Part shown: positions 9,174 through 18,056 of the stretch, piece after piece
How positions within the stretch are numbered: the first letter of the stretch is position 1
How the letters are laid out: each line of letters begins with the position of its first letter
Source: an uncultured virus (IMG/VR IMGVR_UViG_3300027151_000003)
Taxonomy: Duplodnaviria; Heunggongvirae; Uroviricota; Caudoviricetes
Virus record (IMG/VR): IMGVR_UViG_3300027151_000003
DNA length: 35,688 nucleotides
Direction: 5' to 3' (one strand)
Made by a program: the position numbers and the translations under genes
The notes under the pieces: generated by a model
What the model was told of the DNA's origin: nothing
The model's database searches: none
Seen by the model: the letters and a program-made list of their open reading frames with translations, nothing else

Positions 9174-9231
9174 TCTGGGGAGCCATGTTCTTAATCCCCT
9201 TTCTAATATGGCTCCCCAGACTCTTAAGGGG
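9174..9231 (+). promoter_or_regulatory. 16-bp hairpin / candidate pseudoknot over the polymerase RBS
   Basis: TCTGGGGAGCCATGTT / AATATGGCTCCCCAGA stem; loop CCCCTT is complementary to AAGGGG at 9226-9231. Confidence 0.55.
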
Positions 9232-9237
9232 TATCAA

Positions 9238-11208
9238 TTGAACATTATTACAACAAGAGAACAGTTAGATGAGATGGTTGTCTACTATCTTAAGCAAGAT
9301 GCTTTTGCTTTTGACGTAGAAACTGTTGGAGCAAGACGAGGAGTTCCAGTTGTCAACCAAGTATTATGGATTAGCCTTGCGACACATGGTCGCGGGGATG
9401 TTATTCCGTTGGGCCACCCAAATGGTGAGTTTATATCAGAGAGCTTCCCACTCACGGGGCAAGGAGAGAAGCGCGTTCTCGCGGGCTTACAGGCTAGAGA
9501 GAGTGATTACTCTCGTGACCGCAAAAAAGCTACTAAAACTTTCGGCCCTGCTCCTGAACAACTCTTCCCAGCCGAAGTCTTTGAAGCATTAAAACCTTTA
9601 TTTTTTAGTGACAAGTTAAAAGTAGGTCACAACTTAGTCTTTGATTTATGCTCTGTCTCTAAGTATCTAGATAAAAAAATACCTACAGGCCCTTACTTTG
9701 ACACTATGGTTGGCTCATTTGTATATGACAACCGTAATAAAAACAAGTGTGGCCTTGACGACTGTTTAAAGCGCGAGTTGGGTTATGAGATGGAGAAGGG
9801 TGTTGGCGCTCAGGTAGAGGTTCACCCGTTTAGCACTGTGGCTAAATACGCATACCTAGATGCAAAGTACACTTTCTTACTGTGGAAAGAGGTAGCTAAA
9901 AAGATTACAGAAGCTGACCTAGATAATATTATGAACCTAGAGATGGGCGTATTAGAAGTCTTATGTCATATGAAGTTGCATGGCGCACCTATTGACACCG
10001 AGCAGCTAGCTATACTTAATACCCAGTTAGAGATAGATATAGAAAAAGCTAGGGCTGAGATTTATAAGATTGCTGGTCGAGTATTTAACATTAACTCTAA
10101 CCAAGAAAAGCAGTACCTCCTATACAGCAAGAAGTCCGATGGTGGTCAAGGATTAAGCCCAAAGATTCTTACAGCAAAGGGTCAAGACAAAGAGATGAAG
10201 GGTATAGACCTAGACTACGTAGATTATTCTGTGTCAGCTGAGGCATTAGAGCCTTATCGTGAGAAGAACCTGTTAGTTCACGCTCTGCTCACCTACGCAG
10301 ATTTAAATAAGTTACAGAGCACGTACGTAATCCCATACCTGGGAGGTGACGTTGTCCGTACTGTTGGTGGTAAATCTAAAGTAGAGTACAAGGAAAGCCT
10401 ATTAGTTGACGGGCGTATCCACGCTGACTTTATTCAACATGGAGCTGAGACTGGTCGGTTCTCTAGTCGTAACCCAAACTTGCAGAATGTTCCTAACCCA
10501 GCAACTGCGCATGGTAAGGCTATCCGTAACCTGTTCTATGCACCGCCAGGATACAAACTAGTGGTCGCTGACTACTCACAGATTGAACCTCGCATCATTG
10601 CTTCTATGTCTAAGGACCCAACCATGGTTAAAAACTATGTAGAAGGTGGAGACATCTATACAACTGTTGGAGATGTCATGAAGGTAAACCGTCAGGCTGG
10701 AAAGGTTCTTGTTTTATCTATGGCATACGGCGTAGGTCCAGATAAGATTGCTCGTTCTATTGGATGTACCGTTACCGAAGCACGTACTTTATTAGGAAAC
10801 TTTGCGGATAAGTTTAAGTCCGTAAATATCTATCGCATTAAGGTTATTGGGGCTACTAGAAGTAAACAGTATGTATCCACCCTGATGGGGCGCAAGCGTT
10901 ACTTACCTGAAATTAACTCTAGAGATTTCCTAAAGCGTGGCGGGGCTGAGCGTCAGGCGTTCAACACACGTATCCAAGGGTCTGCTGCTGACATCATGAA
11001 GCTTGCTATGATTAGGGCTCATCAGATGATTCCTGAGGGGGCTAGTATCTTGTTAACCGTACACGATGAACTTGTTACTTTAACCCCAGACAATCTTGTT
11101 GAAGAAACAAAAGAGGCTATTAGAGAAGCAATGGAAGGCATCAACTTACTAGAGGTACCGCTTATTGCAGATGTAAAGGTTGTTCAGCGATGGGGAGAGG
11201 CAAAGTGA
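9238..11208 (+). CDS. polA: Family A DNA polymerase (3'-5' exonuclease + polymerase, no 5' nuclease)
   Basis: FDVET exo motif, TGRFSSRNPNLQNVP, DYSQIEPR motif A, RQAGKVLVLSMAYG motif B, VHDE motif C; TTG start at 9238 chosen from RBS spacing. Confidence 0.95.
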   Translation: MNIITTREQLDEMVVYYLKQDAFAFDVETVGARRGVPVVNQVLWISLATHGRGDVIPLGHPNGEFISESFPLTGQGEKRVLAGLQARESDYSRDRKKATKTFGPAPEQLFPAEVFEALKPLFFSDKLKVGHNLVFDLCSVSKYLDKKIPTGPYFDTMVGSFVYDNRNKNKCGLDDCLKRELGYEMEKGVGAQVEVHPFSTVAKYAYLDAKYTFLLWKEVAKKITEADLDNIMNLEMGVLEVLCHMKLHGAPIDTEQLAILNTQLEIDIEKARAEIYKIAGRVFNINSNQEKQYLLYSKKSDGGQGLSPKILTAKGQDKEMKGIDLDYVDYSVSAEALEPYREKNLLVHALLTYADLNKLQSTYVIPYLGGDVVRTVGGKSKVEYKESLLVDGRIHADFIQHGAETGRFSSRNPNLQNVPNPATAHGKAIRNLFYAPPGYKLVVADYSQIEPRIIASMSKDPTMVKNYVEGGDIYTTVGDVMKVNRQAGKVLVLSMAYGVGPDKIARSIGCTVTEARTLLGNFADKFKSVNIYRIKVIGATRSKQYVSTLMGRKRYLPEINSRDFLKRGGAERQAFNTRIQGSAADIMKLAMIRAHQMIPEGASILLTVHDELVTLTPDNLVEETKEAIREAMEGINLLEVPLIADVKVVQRWGEAK

Positions 11209-11708
11209 GTTGGTTTAATCGTTTCTTTAAAAAAGGTGGAGAGTCCTTTAACGTATCTTTTGAGAACTTTAAGGAAGAGATACCGTTAGGAACGTTGATG
11301 CGTTGGTATCTATACGACACGGACCTATCTGAGCACCCAAACGAGTTAGCTTTACTGTTAGGCATGAACCCTGTAAGTGATGAGGGACATGAGCATGAGA
11401 CTGGCGAAAGCGAAGCACGTCTAGATAACGTTGAGTATTTAATACCTTTTATATCCACGATTGCAGAGCTAGGTGCTGATGTCATTGTTGCTATGCAAAT
11501 AGATGAAATTAAAAAACGAGAACCAGATGGGTTTTTAGAAAAAGAAATTGAAAGAGAGACTGAAATGATGCATATGATGTATAGAATGATTGGTTTCTCA
11601 GCTTTATTAGGCGGCTTGTCAACCGCCATGAAACTTGGTTTAATAGTACCTGGGGAAGTTTACTCAACTGACCTAGCTTATAGAAAGGATGAGGACGATG
11701 AGCAGTAA
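11205..11708 (+). CDS. Hypothetical protein
   Basis: GTG start overlaps the polA stop (GTGA). Confidence 0.7.
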   Translation: MSWFNRFFKKGGESFNVSFENFKEEIPLGTLMRWYLYDTDLSEHPNELALLLGMNPVSDEGHEHETGESEARLDNVEYLIPFISTIAELGADVIVAMQIDEIKKREPDGFLEKEIERETEMMHMMYRMIGFSALLGGLSTAMKLGLIVPGEVYSTDLAYRKDEDDEQ

Positions 11709-12051
11709 TTGGTGGGCTAACAAATTAGGGAGCACACCCGCTCCAAGACCTCAGCCAGTAGCACCACAGGTTCAACCACAACAACAACCTGTTTATCAAC
11801 AACCTCCTTCATACCCAACAGTTCAACAAACAGTGCCTTTATCAGAACGTTGTCCTGGATGTGGAAGTAACAACTACGGTGGGGCAACTCCTGAGTCTCG
11901 CAAACGCTGCTATGATTGCGGTTATCCAATTGTTCAATCTGGAACTGGTGTTTCTGGAGTAAATAGCCCAAGAGCAGACGGCCCTACTCAAGCAGCAAAA
12001 CAAGTACAAGCAGGCGGTTTTAATCCAAACACAATCATAGGACACATTTAA
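11698..12051 (+). CDS. Pro/Gln-rich zinc-ribbon protein
   Basis: CPGC...CYDC; GAGGA RBS. Confidence 0.7.
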   Translation: MSSNWWANKLGSTPAPRPQPVAPQVQPQQQPVYQQPPSYPTVQQTVPLSERCPGCGSNNYGGATPESRKRCYDCGYPIVQSGTGVSGVNSPRADGPTQAAKQVQAGGFNPNTIIGHI

Positions 12052-13103
12052 TGAATGCAGAGTTAATAAAAGTCTTAAAGAATATTAACAAGAAGTACGG
12101 GGATGACACCATCATTCTCGGGTCTGACATTAAGACTGATGTTGCTAAGCGTTACACAACTGGCTCAGTATCACTGGACGTTGCATTAGGCGGTGGGTGG
12201 CCAGTAAACCAGTGGCATGAAATCATTGGTGAAGCTAGTAATGGTAAAACCGCTATTGCATTAAAAACTATTGCTGCTAACCAAAAGCGCGACCCAGAGT
12301 TTACAACTGTGTGGGTAGCAGCAGAGCAGTGGGTTCCTACATACGCAGAGATGTGTGGCGTAGACTCCACTCGTGTATACGTAGTTTCAACTAACGTTAT
12401 GGAGCAAGCATATGAATCTGTCATCCAGCTTACAGAAAGTAAAGCGGTCGATTGTATTGTTATTGATTCTTTACCTGCCTTGGTCCCTACAACAGAAAAC
12501 GATAAGGAGATGGAGGAATCTACTGTAGGTCGTAGCGCCCTTCTAACTAATAAGTTTTTCCGTAAGGTAGGAAAAGCGTCTAAGAGAAGTCTTACAGAAG
12601 AAGAACGTCCATTTATTGGTATTGTTATTAACCAGTGGCGCTCCAAGATTGGCGTTATGTATGGCGACCCCCGCACTACTCCAGGTGGTTTGGGTAAAGA
12701 CTATGCGTTCTTTACCCGTATTGAGGTTCGTCGTGACGACTGGATTGAGGTAGGAACTGGACAAGATAAGCGTCGTGTAGGGCAGAGTATTAAGGCCAGA
12801 GTTATTAAGAACAAGTCAGCCCCACCATCACAGGTGGCTACCTTTGACTTCTACTTCTCAAAGGGCAACGGTTTGCATGCTGGCGACATTGATTTTGCTA
12901 AAGAAATCCTTGCTATTGGCATACTAAACAAGGTAATCAGTAGGGCTGGTGCCTACTACCGTTACGCGGATAGACAGTGGCAGGGTTCTGATGCTATGCT
13001 TGACGCTATACGGGAAGAAATTGATTTAAAAGAGACTTTAGAACGCGATGTACTTGACTCCATCAAGGCAGGCTCCAAGTTGGTAGCCGAGAATGAGGAG
13101 TAA
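12051..13103 (+). CDS. recA: RecA-like recombinase
   Basis: TGSVSLDVALGGGWP, GEASNGKT, IVIDSLPAL, INQWRSKIGVMYGDPRTTPGG, KNKSAPP. Confidence 0.95.
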   Translation: MNAELIKVLKNINKKYGDDTIILGSDIKTDVAKRYTTGSVSLDVALGGGWPVNQWHEIIGEASNGKTAIALKTIAANQKRDPEFTTVWVAAEQWVPTYAEMCGVDSTRVYVVSTNVMEQAYESVIQLTESKAVDCIVIDSLPALVPTTENDKEMEESTVGRSALLTNKFFRKVGKASKRSLTEEERPFIGIVINQWRSKIGVMYGDPRTTPGGLGKDYAFFTRIEVRRDDWIEVGTGQDKRRVGQSIKARVIKNKSAPPSQVATFDFYFSKGNGLHAGDIDFAKEILAIGILNKVISRAGAYYRYADRQWQGSDAMLDAIREEIDLKETLERDVLDSIKAGSKLVAENEE

Positions 13104-13437
13104 AGGACAAAAGGAGTCGAAGAAGCACGAGGACCGACTAGCAAAAGCAGTAGGTGGACAGCGTACAGCTGCCAGCGGTGCATTTTGGAGTCGTAAAGGT
13201 GATGTTCGGTCTAAAGACTTGTTAATAGAACACAAGTGGACTGGCAAAGCCACCGTAACCATTAAAGCTACGGTTCTAGAAAAGATTGTTACAGAAGCAA
13301 TTCTTGACAGTCGTATGCCTGTCCTCGGTTTTAGTCTCAACAATGAAAATTATGTGATGCTAACTGAAGATGACTTTTTGGAACTACGCCAGAGACTTCA
13401 GGAGTTAATTGAGTGCACGAAGACGTCGGACACGTAG
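13093..13437 (+). CDS. PD-(D/E)xK nuclease, Holliday junction resolvase-like
   Basis: E...SGA...KGDV...LIEHK motif order. Confidence 0.7.
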   Translation: MRSKGQKESKKHEDRLAKAVGGQRTAASGAFWSRKGDVRSKDLLIEHKWTGKATVTIKATVLEKIVTEAILDSRMPVLGFSLNNENYVMLTEDDFLELRQRLQELIECTKTSDT

Positions 13438-13730
13438 AGGGCTGGAGACATAAAGCCAAGTGTCGCGGTATGGATACAGAGTTGTGGTACCCACCAAGAG
13501 ATAAAGCAAAGTATAAAAAGATAGCAACCGTATCTAAAGCAGTGTGTTTTGGTAAGGATGGTTTGCCAGAGTGCCCTGTGCGTAAAGAGTGTTTACTATA
13601 TTCAGAGTCAATGGATGAGCAGCACGGTATCTGGGGTGGCATGTCACATCGCGAACGCAACGCGTTAAAACGTAAAGCTAAAAAAGAAGGAAAGACCCTC
13701 GAGGAGTGGGTGCTTGACTTTGATATGTGA
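13413..13730 (+). CDS. whiB: WhiB-family Fe-S transcription factor
   Basis: W...AKC, four Cys, CPVRKECL, HGIWGGMSHRER. Confidence 0.9.
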   Translation: MHEDVGHVEGWRHKAKCRGMDTELWYPPRDKAKYKKIATVSKAVCFGKDGLPECPVRKECLLYSESMDEQHGIWGGMSHRERNALKRKAKKEGKTLEEWVLDFDM

Positions 13731-13742
13731 TAGGGTCTGAAT

Positions 13743-14600
13743 ATGACACAGCCTAAGTACAAGCCTTCAGGAGCATTAAAGAGTTTTGTAAACGCTGGTA
13801 AAAAACCAACCAGAGTATTAACTTCAGTAGAGAGACATGTTCTTTCTAAACCAAAAGACATGAGCCGCCGCACCGATGTGTTGCATCCATCAGAGATGGC
13901 AAGCGGTGAGTGGTGTTATCGCGCTTCTTACTTTCAGTTAAAGGGTCACTACCCTCTAGAAAGTAATAGAACCAACAGTCTTAGATTACAATCCGTTTTT
14001 GCTGAAGGCCATGGTATCCACGCTAAGTGGCAAAAGTGGTTCCAAGAAATGAACTGTCTATACGGTAAGTGGTATTGCAAAGACTGTGACGAGTACTTCT
14101 TTGGCGGCTCTGACTGTCACGAAGGGCCACTTGAGTATTGTGAAGTTCCGTTGTTCTATGAGCCTTTGCGCATTTCAGGTCATGCTGATGGGTGGTTAGT
14201 AAACCTAGGTGACCCACTAATGTTAGAGGTTAAATCTATCGGTATTGGAACTATCCGTTGGGAAAACCCAGAGCTAGTAGCACAGCACAGCGGTAATATG
14301 GAAAAGATTTGGGCAGATATTAAAGAGCCTTTTGCTAAGCACATTACTCAAGTACAAATTTATATGAAGCTTGCCGAGTTGTTAGAACTACCAGATTACC
14401 CAAGAGAAGCAGTGCTTATCTACGAAAACAAAGCAACACAGGATGTAAAAGAGTTTGTAGTACCTAAATCTGACTTTGCTATTGCACCAATGTTTGAGGC
14501 AGCAGCAATGATTATGGAAGCCATTAATAACAACACTCCTCCCGCTTGTAATTTAGACAAGTGGGGCGGATGTTCTAAGTGCGGAGGTTATAATGAGTGA
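13743..14600 (+). CDS. Cas4-like / PD-(D/E)xK exonuclease
   Basis: HPSE..WC.R, GHGIH, GHADG..LEVKS, QVQIYM, C-terminal C..CSKC. Confidence 0.8.
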   Translation: MTQPKYKPSGALKSFVNAGKKPTRVLTSVERHVLSKPKDMSRRTDVLHPSEMASGEWCYRASYFQLKGHYPLESNRTNSLRLQSVFAEGHGIHAKWQKWFQEMNCLYGKWYCKDCDEYFFGGSDCHEGPLEYCEVPLFYEPLRISGHADGWLVNLGDPLMLEVKSIGIGTIRWENPELVAQHSGNMEKIWADIKEPFAKHITQVQIYMKLAELLELPDYPREAVLIYENKATQDVKEFVVPKSDFAIAPMFEAAAMIMEAINNNTPPACNLDKWGGCSKCGGYNE

Positions 14601-15084
14601 GATAGTGGCAACAGGCATCAGCGAGATTGTCCTACAACAGTTAGAGTCCCAAGGGCTGCCATTAAAACGCTCAATGAACATCCAACCACCAGAGTTTCCA
14701 GCGGATATTACCTTGGTTGATGACCAAGAACTAATGGTTATGGCTGGTAAATATATGGAGAACTTAAACTTCCTACGTACTCAGGTAGCCTGCGCTAACC
14801 TTGCGGAGTTAGAAGCCACTAACTCCTATGACCTTGAGGTTGCTAAAGGGTTGCTAATGAAGACCACTGGTAAGAGCACAGAAAAAGCCGTCATGTTAAA
14901 GGCAGCAGTCGCTACTGATGAGTACATTATGGTCTTGGATAAAGCAAAGAACTATGCCCACGCATATAGAAAACTATTAGAGACTGCGTTAGAAAACTTA
15001 GAGCGTTACTACTCATTAACTAGTCGTGAGCTCACCCGACGCACGTCTAGCAGTAGGATGATGGGAAATAGATTTGTACCATGA
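14593..15084 (+). CDS. Helical hypothetical protein (possible recombination mediator)
   Basis: 163-aa coiled-coil-like ORF within the recombination cluster. Confidence 0.6.
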   Translation: MSEIVATGISEIVLQQLESQGLPLKRSMNIQPPEFPADITLVDDQELMVMAGKYMENLNFLRTQVACANLAELEATNSYDLEVAKGLLMKTTGKSTEKAVMLKAAVATDEYIMVLDKAKNYAHAYRKLLETALENLERYYSLTSRELTRRTSSSRMMGNRFVP

Positions 15085-15644
15085 CCATTAAAAATTTTGA
15101 TGGAGGTCTTGACCTCGCAGGCAGTAGCCCTGTTTCAGTGTATGTAGGCATAGACCAGTCATATAGTGGATTTGCTATAACCTTGCTAGGAAAGGACAAC
15201 GCTTTTTTTACTCAGGTGTTTAAATCTGATTTACGAGGCATAGACCGTTTGGTAGAGATTAGAGCATTTCTTAGTAATGTCCTATTTGATACGCCTATTA
15301 AAATTTTAGATGTAGCCATGGAAGACTACGCTTACGCAGGCTCAGGCAGGGTGTTCCACTTAGGTGAACTAGGTGGGATGGTTAAGCTTGAGTGTCATGC
15401 TTCTGGTCACTACCCCTTACTGGTACCACCTACCAGCTTAAAAAAGTATGTAACAGGTAAGGGGACTGGTATACAAAAGAACCAGATGCTACTTCACATT
15501 TATAAGAAGTGGGGTGTAGAATTCACGGACGACAACGCCGCAGATTCCTACTCCCTAGCTAGGGTGGTTTCTGGCAAGCATGAGTTAGCGTATGAAAAAG
15601 ATGTGTACGATAAACTACAAGACGTCAAACATAGGGAACGATAA
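15081..15644 (+). CDS. ruvC: RuvC-like Holliday junction resolvase
   Basis: YVGIDQS, VAMEDY, LGELGG, PTSLKKYVTGKG, DDNAADS. Confidence 0.88.
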   Translation: MTIKNFDGGLDLAGSSPVSVYVGIDQSYSGFAITLLGKDNAFFTQVFKSDLRGIDRLVEIRAFLSNVLFDTPIKILDVAMEDYAYAGSGRVFHLGELGGMVKLECHASGHYPLLVPPTSLKKYVTGKGTGIQKNQMLLHIYKKWGVEFTDDNAADSYSLARVVSGKHELAYEKDVYDKLQDVKHRER

Positions 15645-16195
15645 TGACAACACTAGTTGGTGTTCAATACGAAGATAAATGCGTATTAGCTGCAGACAGT
15701 CAGGTGACCGACCCTGATGGGCGTATTCAAAAGCATTACCAGATGGTAAAAATTTCCCAACGTGGAGACCTTTTAATTGCTGGTTCTGGTGAGGTTAACC
15801 CTTGCGATATTGCCCAGCACATTTGGAATCCTCCAAAGTTAACAGCAGCGCACAAAAAAGACGTATATCATTTTGCTATTACTAAAGTAGTACCTTCTTT
15901 ACGTAAATGTTTAAAAGATAACGGCTATAACTTTGAAGAAGAGCGCGATAAAAACACAACCGAGCAGCGTTTCCATTTTCTCATTGCCGTTGGCGGTGAG
16001 ATTTTTGATATTAGTGATGACCTTTCGGTAACTCGTTCTCAAGACGGGTTATACGCCGTAGGAAATGGCTCAGCATATGCTTTGGGGGCGCTTCATGCTG
16101 GTGCTAACGCCGTAGAGGCATTAGAAATTGCAGAAAAACTAGACGCTTATACCTCAGGACCATTTCAAGTAGTAAAACAAGAAAAGGTAGGCTGA
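15644..16195 (+). CDS. HslV/proteasome-beta-like Ntn peptidase
   Basis: N-terminal (M)TTLVG..LAADSQVT, K, IAGSG, AVGNGSAYALGAL, D..TSGP. Confidence 0.8.
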   Translation: MTTLVGVQYEDKCVLAADSQVTDPDGRIQKHYQMVKISQRGDLLIAGSGEVNPCDIAQHIWNPPKLTAAHKKDVYHFAITKVVPSLRKCLKDNGYNFEEERDKNTTEQRFHFLIAVGGEIFDISDDLSVTRSQDGLYAVGNGSAYALGALHAGANAVEALEIAEKLDAYTSGPFQVVKQEKVG

Positions 16196-16362
16196 TGCCA
16201 AAATATGATTTTACCTGTATTAACTGTGACCGTACAGTTGAGATGCACTTTGCTTTTGATGCTACACAACGTCCTTCTTGCGAAGGTTGCGGAGAGTTTA
16301 TGATTAAATCTTACACACCACCATCAGTGCAGTTTAAAGGCGGAGGGTGGGGCGGACAATGA
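16195..16362 (+). CDS. FmdB-like zinc-ribbon protein (not in the ORF track)
   Basis: MPKYDFTCINC...CEGCG...VQFKGGGW. Confidence 0.85.
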   Translation: MPKYDFTCINCDRTVEMHFAFDATQRPSCEGCGEFMIKSYTPPSVQFKGGGWGGQ

Positions 16363-16526
16363 AAAAATATCCAACTATGTACGATTTAGGGCTTAAGTTA
16401 CCAGTTTTAGTTGCTGATGATGATTTTATTGAGCATTTACATGAGATGGGTTTTAGCAAAACTATTGATATTGGGGACTTAGCCCTTGAGTGGGTTGATT
16501 GGGTTAAGGAGAACGTAAATGAGTAA
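16359..16526 (+). CDS. Hypothetical protein (55 aa, not in the ORF track)
   Basis: MKKYPTMYDLGLKLPVLVADDDFIEHLHEMGF...; ATGA overlap with the upstream gene. Confidence 0.65.
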   Translation: MKKYPTMYDLGLKLPVLVADDDFIEHLHEMGFSKTIDIGDLALEWVDWVKENVNE

Positions 16527-16764
16527 GACGCAAGACAAGCGAGCAGCACGTGTTGCCGAACAACAAGAGTTTATTAAGAAACGCCGCATAGCTCAGTTAG
16601 CCGTGTTTGAATCTAACTTTAACGCGGGTTTACAGTTTTATAATGACAACAAAGACAAGATGTCAGAAGAAGAAATTGCCCTTATTGATAAAGAGATTGA
16701 AGACAACCTCGCCCTAATCCATAATATAAAAAAGGAGTGGAGTTTAGATGGCCAAGAGTCATAA
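16519..16764 (+). CDS. Hypothetical protein
   Basis: AAGGAG RBS, 81 aa. Confidence 0.7.
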   Translation: MSKTQDKRAARVAEQQEFIKKRRIAQLAVFESNFNAGLQFYNDNKDKMSEEEIALIDKEIEDNLALIHNIKKEWSLDGQES

Positions 16765-16981
16765 GAAAAAAGACTTGCTAGAAGACGGTTGGATGACCTC
16801 TGATGAGTTTGTAGACCGCCTTGCCCTTGGACTTAGGGAGTATCTAAGCTCTAATTGGGGCCATACTCACGGTCAGCTACACCATCCAGAAGACTTAGCA
16901 ACTACTGCTTCAGTTTATATGGAAGTTGCTTATAGAGTTATTGCAGACTTTAGCGGTTGTCGCCATGGCAAAGGGAATTAG
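16748..16981 (+). CDS. Hypothetical protein
   Basis: GGAG RBS, 77 aa. Confidence 0.65.
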   Translation: MAKSHKKKDLLEDGWMTSDEFVDRLALGLREYLSSNWGHTHGQLHHPEDLATTASVYMEVAYRVIADFSGCRHGKGN

Positions 16982-17186
16982 AGAACTAAAGCCTGATTAC
17001 ACAGGCACTATGGAGTATGCGGACCAGATTTGCCATGAATGCCCTACCTGTGAGTCTAGTCTGTGGAATATAAAGGCTAGTTTTCAGGATTACGAGTTAG
17101 CCCAGTATTTGTTGGATATGGAGTGTTCTGTTTGCGGCAGCTATGCCAAGGCTCCCACGCCTTTAGACAGACCAACTTTAATTTAG
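16965..17186 (+). CDS. Zinc-ribbon hypothetical protein
   Basis: CPTC...CSVC; likely start MAKGIREL at 16965. Confidence 0.7.
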   Translation: MAKGIRELKPDYTGTMEYADQICHECPTCESSLWNIKASFQDYELAQYLLDMECSVCGSYAKAPTPLDRPTLI

Positions 17187-17238
17187 ACTGCATAATTGTA
17201 TCTACGGGGTTCCACACTATTCGTAAACCGAGGTACAC

Positions 17239-17517
17239 ATGTCCGAACCAAAAGATGAACAAATCCTACGCGTTGGCGCAGGAAGCAACCCACAAGCTGT
17301 AGCATCAGCTATTGCCCACAGCATTTATGAAACTCGCACTTGTAAAATTCGTGCAGTTGGCGCTGGCGCAGTAAACCAAGCCGTTAAGGCAATCGCTATT
17401 GCCCGTGGATACACAGCTCCACGAGGTCTAGACCTTCTTTGCATCCCTGGCTTCTCAAGCATTGACAGCCATGACGGTCAGATTTCTGCAATTGTTTTTG
17501 ATGTAAAGGCAAGTTAA
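17239..17517 (+). CDS. spoVS: Stage V sporulation protein S (SpoVS) family
   Basis: LRVGAGSNPQAVASAIA...AVGAGAVNQAVKAIAIARGY...CIPGF...ISAIVF. Confidence 0.92.
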   Translation: MSEPKDEQILRVGAGSNPQAVASAIAHSIYETRTCKIRAVGAGAVNQAVKAIAIARGYTAPRGLDLLCIPGFSSIDSHDGQISAIVFDVKAS

Positions 17518-17578
17518 CCCTGTATTTCTACCCCAATAGATATACCCTGTTATTACTCCTAAGGCCAAAGGAAACCAT

Positions 17579-17920
17579 ATGAAAAAAGACTCAACAAAGA
17601 ACTCAGCACCGATTGCTCCGACATCTGCGGAACCATCAAACGCTGCAGGTTCAAAGCCACAAGTTGCTAGACCTGTAAAGGGAACACTTGTGAAGAAGAC
17701 TGGCAACGCTAAGGGTGCAACAGACCCTTACACACAGGCAAAGCCAGCACGTAAGAACATTCTTGGACAACTCGCTCGCGGTGGCGCTCGCTACGGCATT
17801 CGTGTTAAGTTCCAGAAGAGCACTGCTCCAGAAGCAGGCGCTACTCAGAGCAATGGTCGTATGTTTAGTTCAGCCATTAATCGTCAGCGCCCAAATTTCA
17901 AAGACGGCAGCAGCAACTAA
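17579..17920 (+). CDS. Basic low-complexity hypothetical protein
   Basis: AAGGA RBS; K/A/S/R-rich 113 aa. Confidence 0.65.
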   Translation: MKKDSTKNSAPIAPTSAEPSNAAGSKPQVARPVKGTLVKKTGNAKGATDPYTQAKPARKNILGQLARGGARYGIRVKFQKSTAPEAGATQSNGRMFSSAINRQRPNFKDGSSN

Positions 17921-17934
17921 AACTTAATAGCTAG

Positions 17935-17960
17935 AGGCCCCGCTATATGCGGGGCTTTTT
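17935..17960 (+). terminator. Rho-independent terminator
   Basis: AGGCCCCGC-TATAT-GCGGGGCTT followed by a T run. Confidence 0.85.
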
Positions 17961-18056
17961 GCATTTTGGGAATATATTTTATATTAGATTGTTGTATACT
18001 ATAGATGACTGCTCAACCGAGGGTCACTTAACTTATATCGTCTAAGGAGATATATT

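Noticed and set aside
9208..9237. ATG 9208 as the polymerase start
   Set aside because: Buried in the 16-bp stem with no RBS; TTG 9238 has AAGGGG at 6-nt spacing
13743..14600. CRISPR-Cas system suggested by the Cas4-like gene
   Set aside because: No repeat-spacer array or other cas genes; solo Cas4-like nucleases are common in phages
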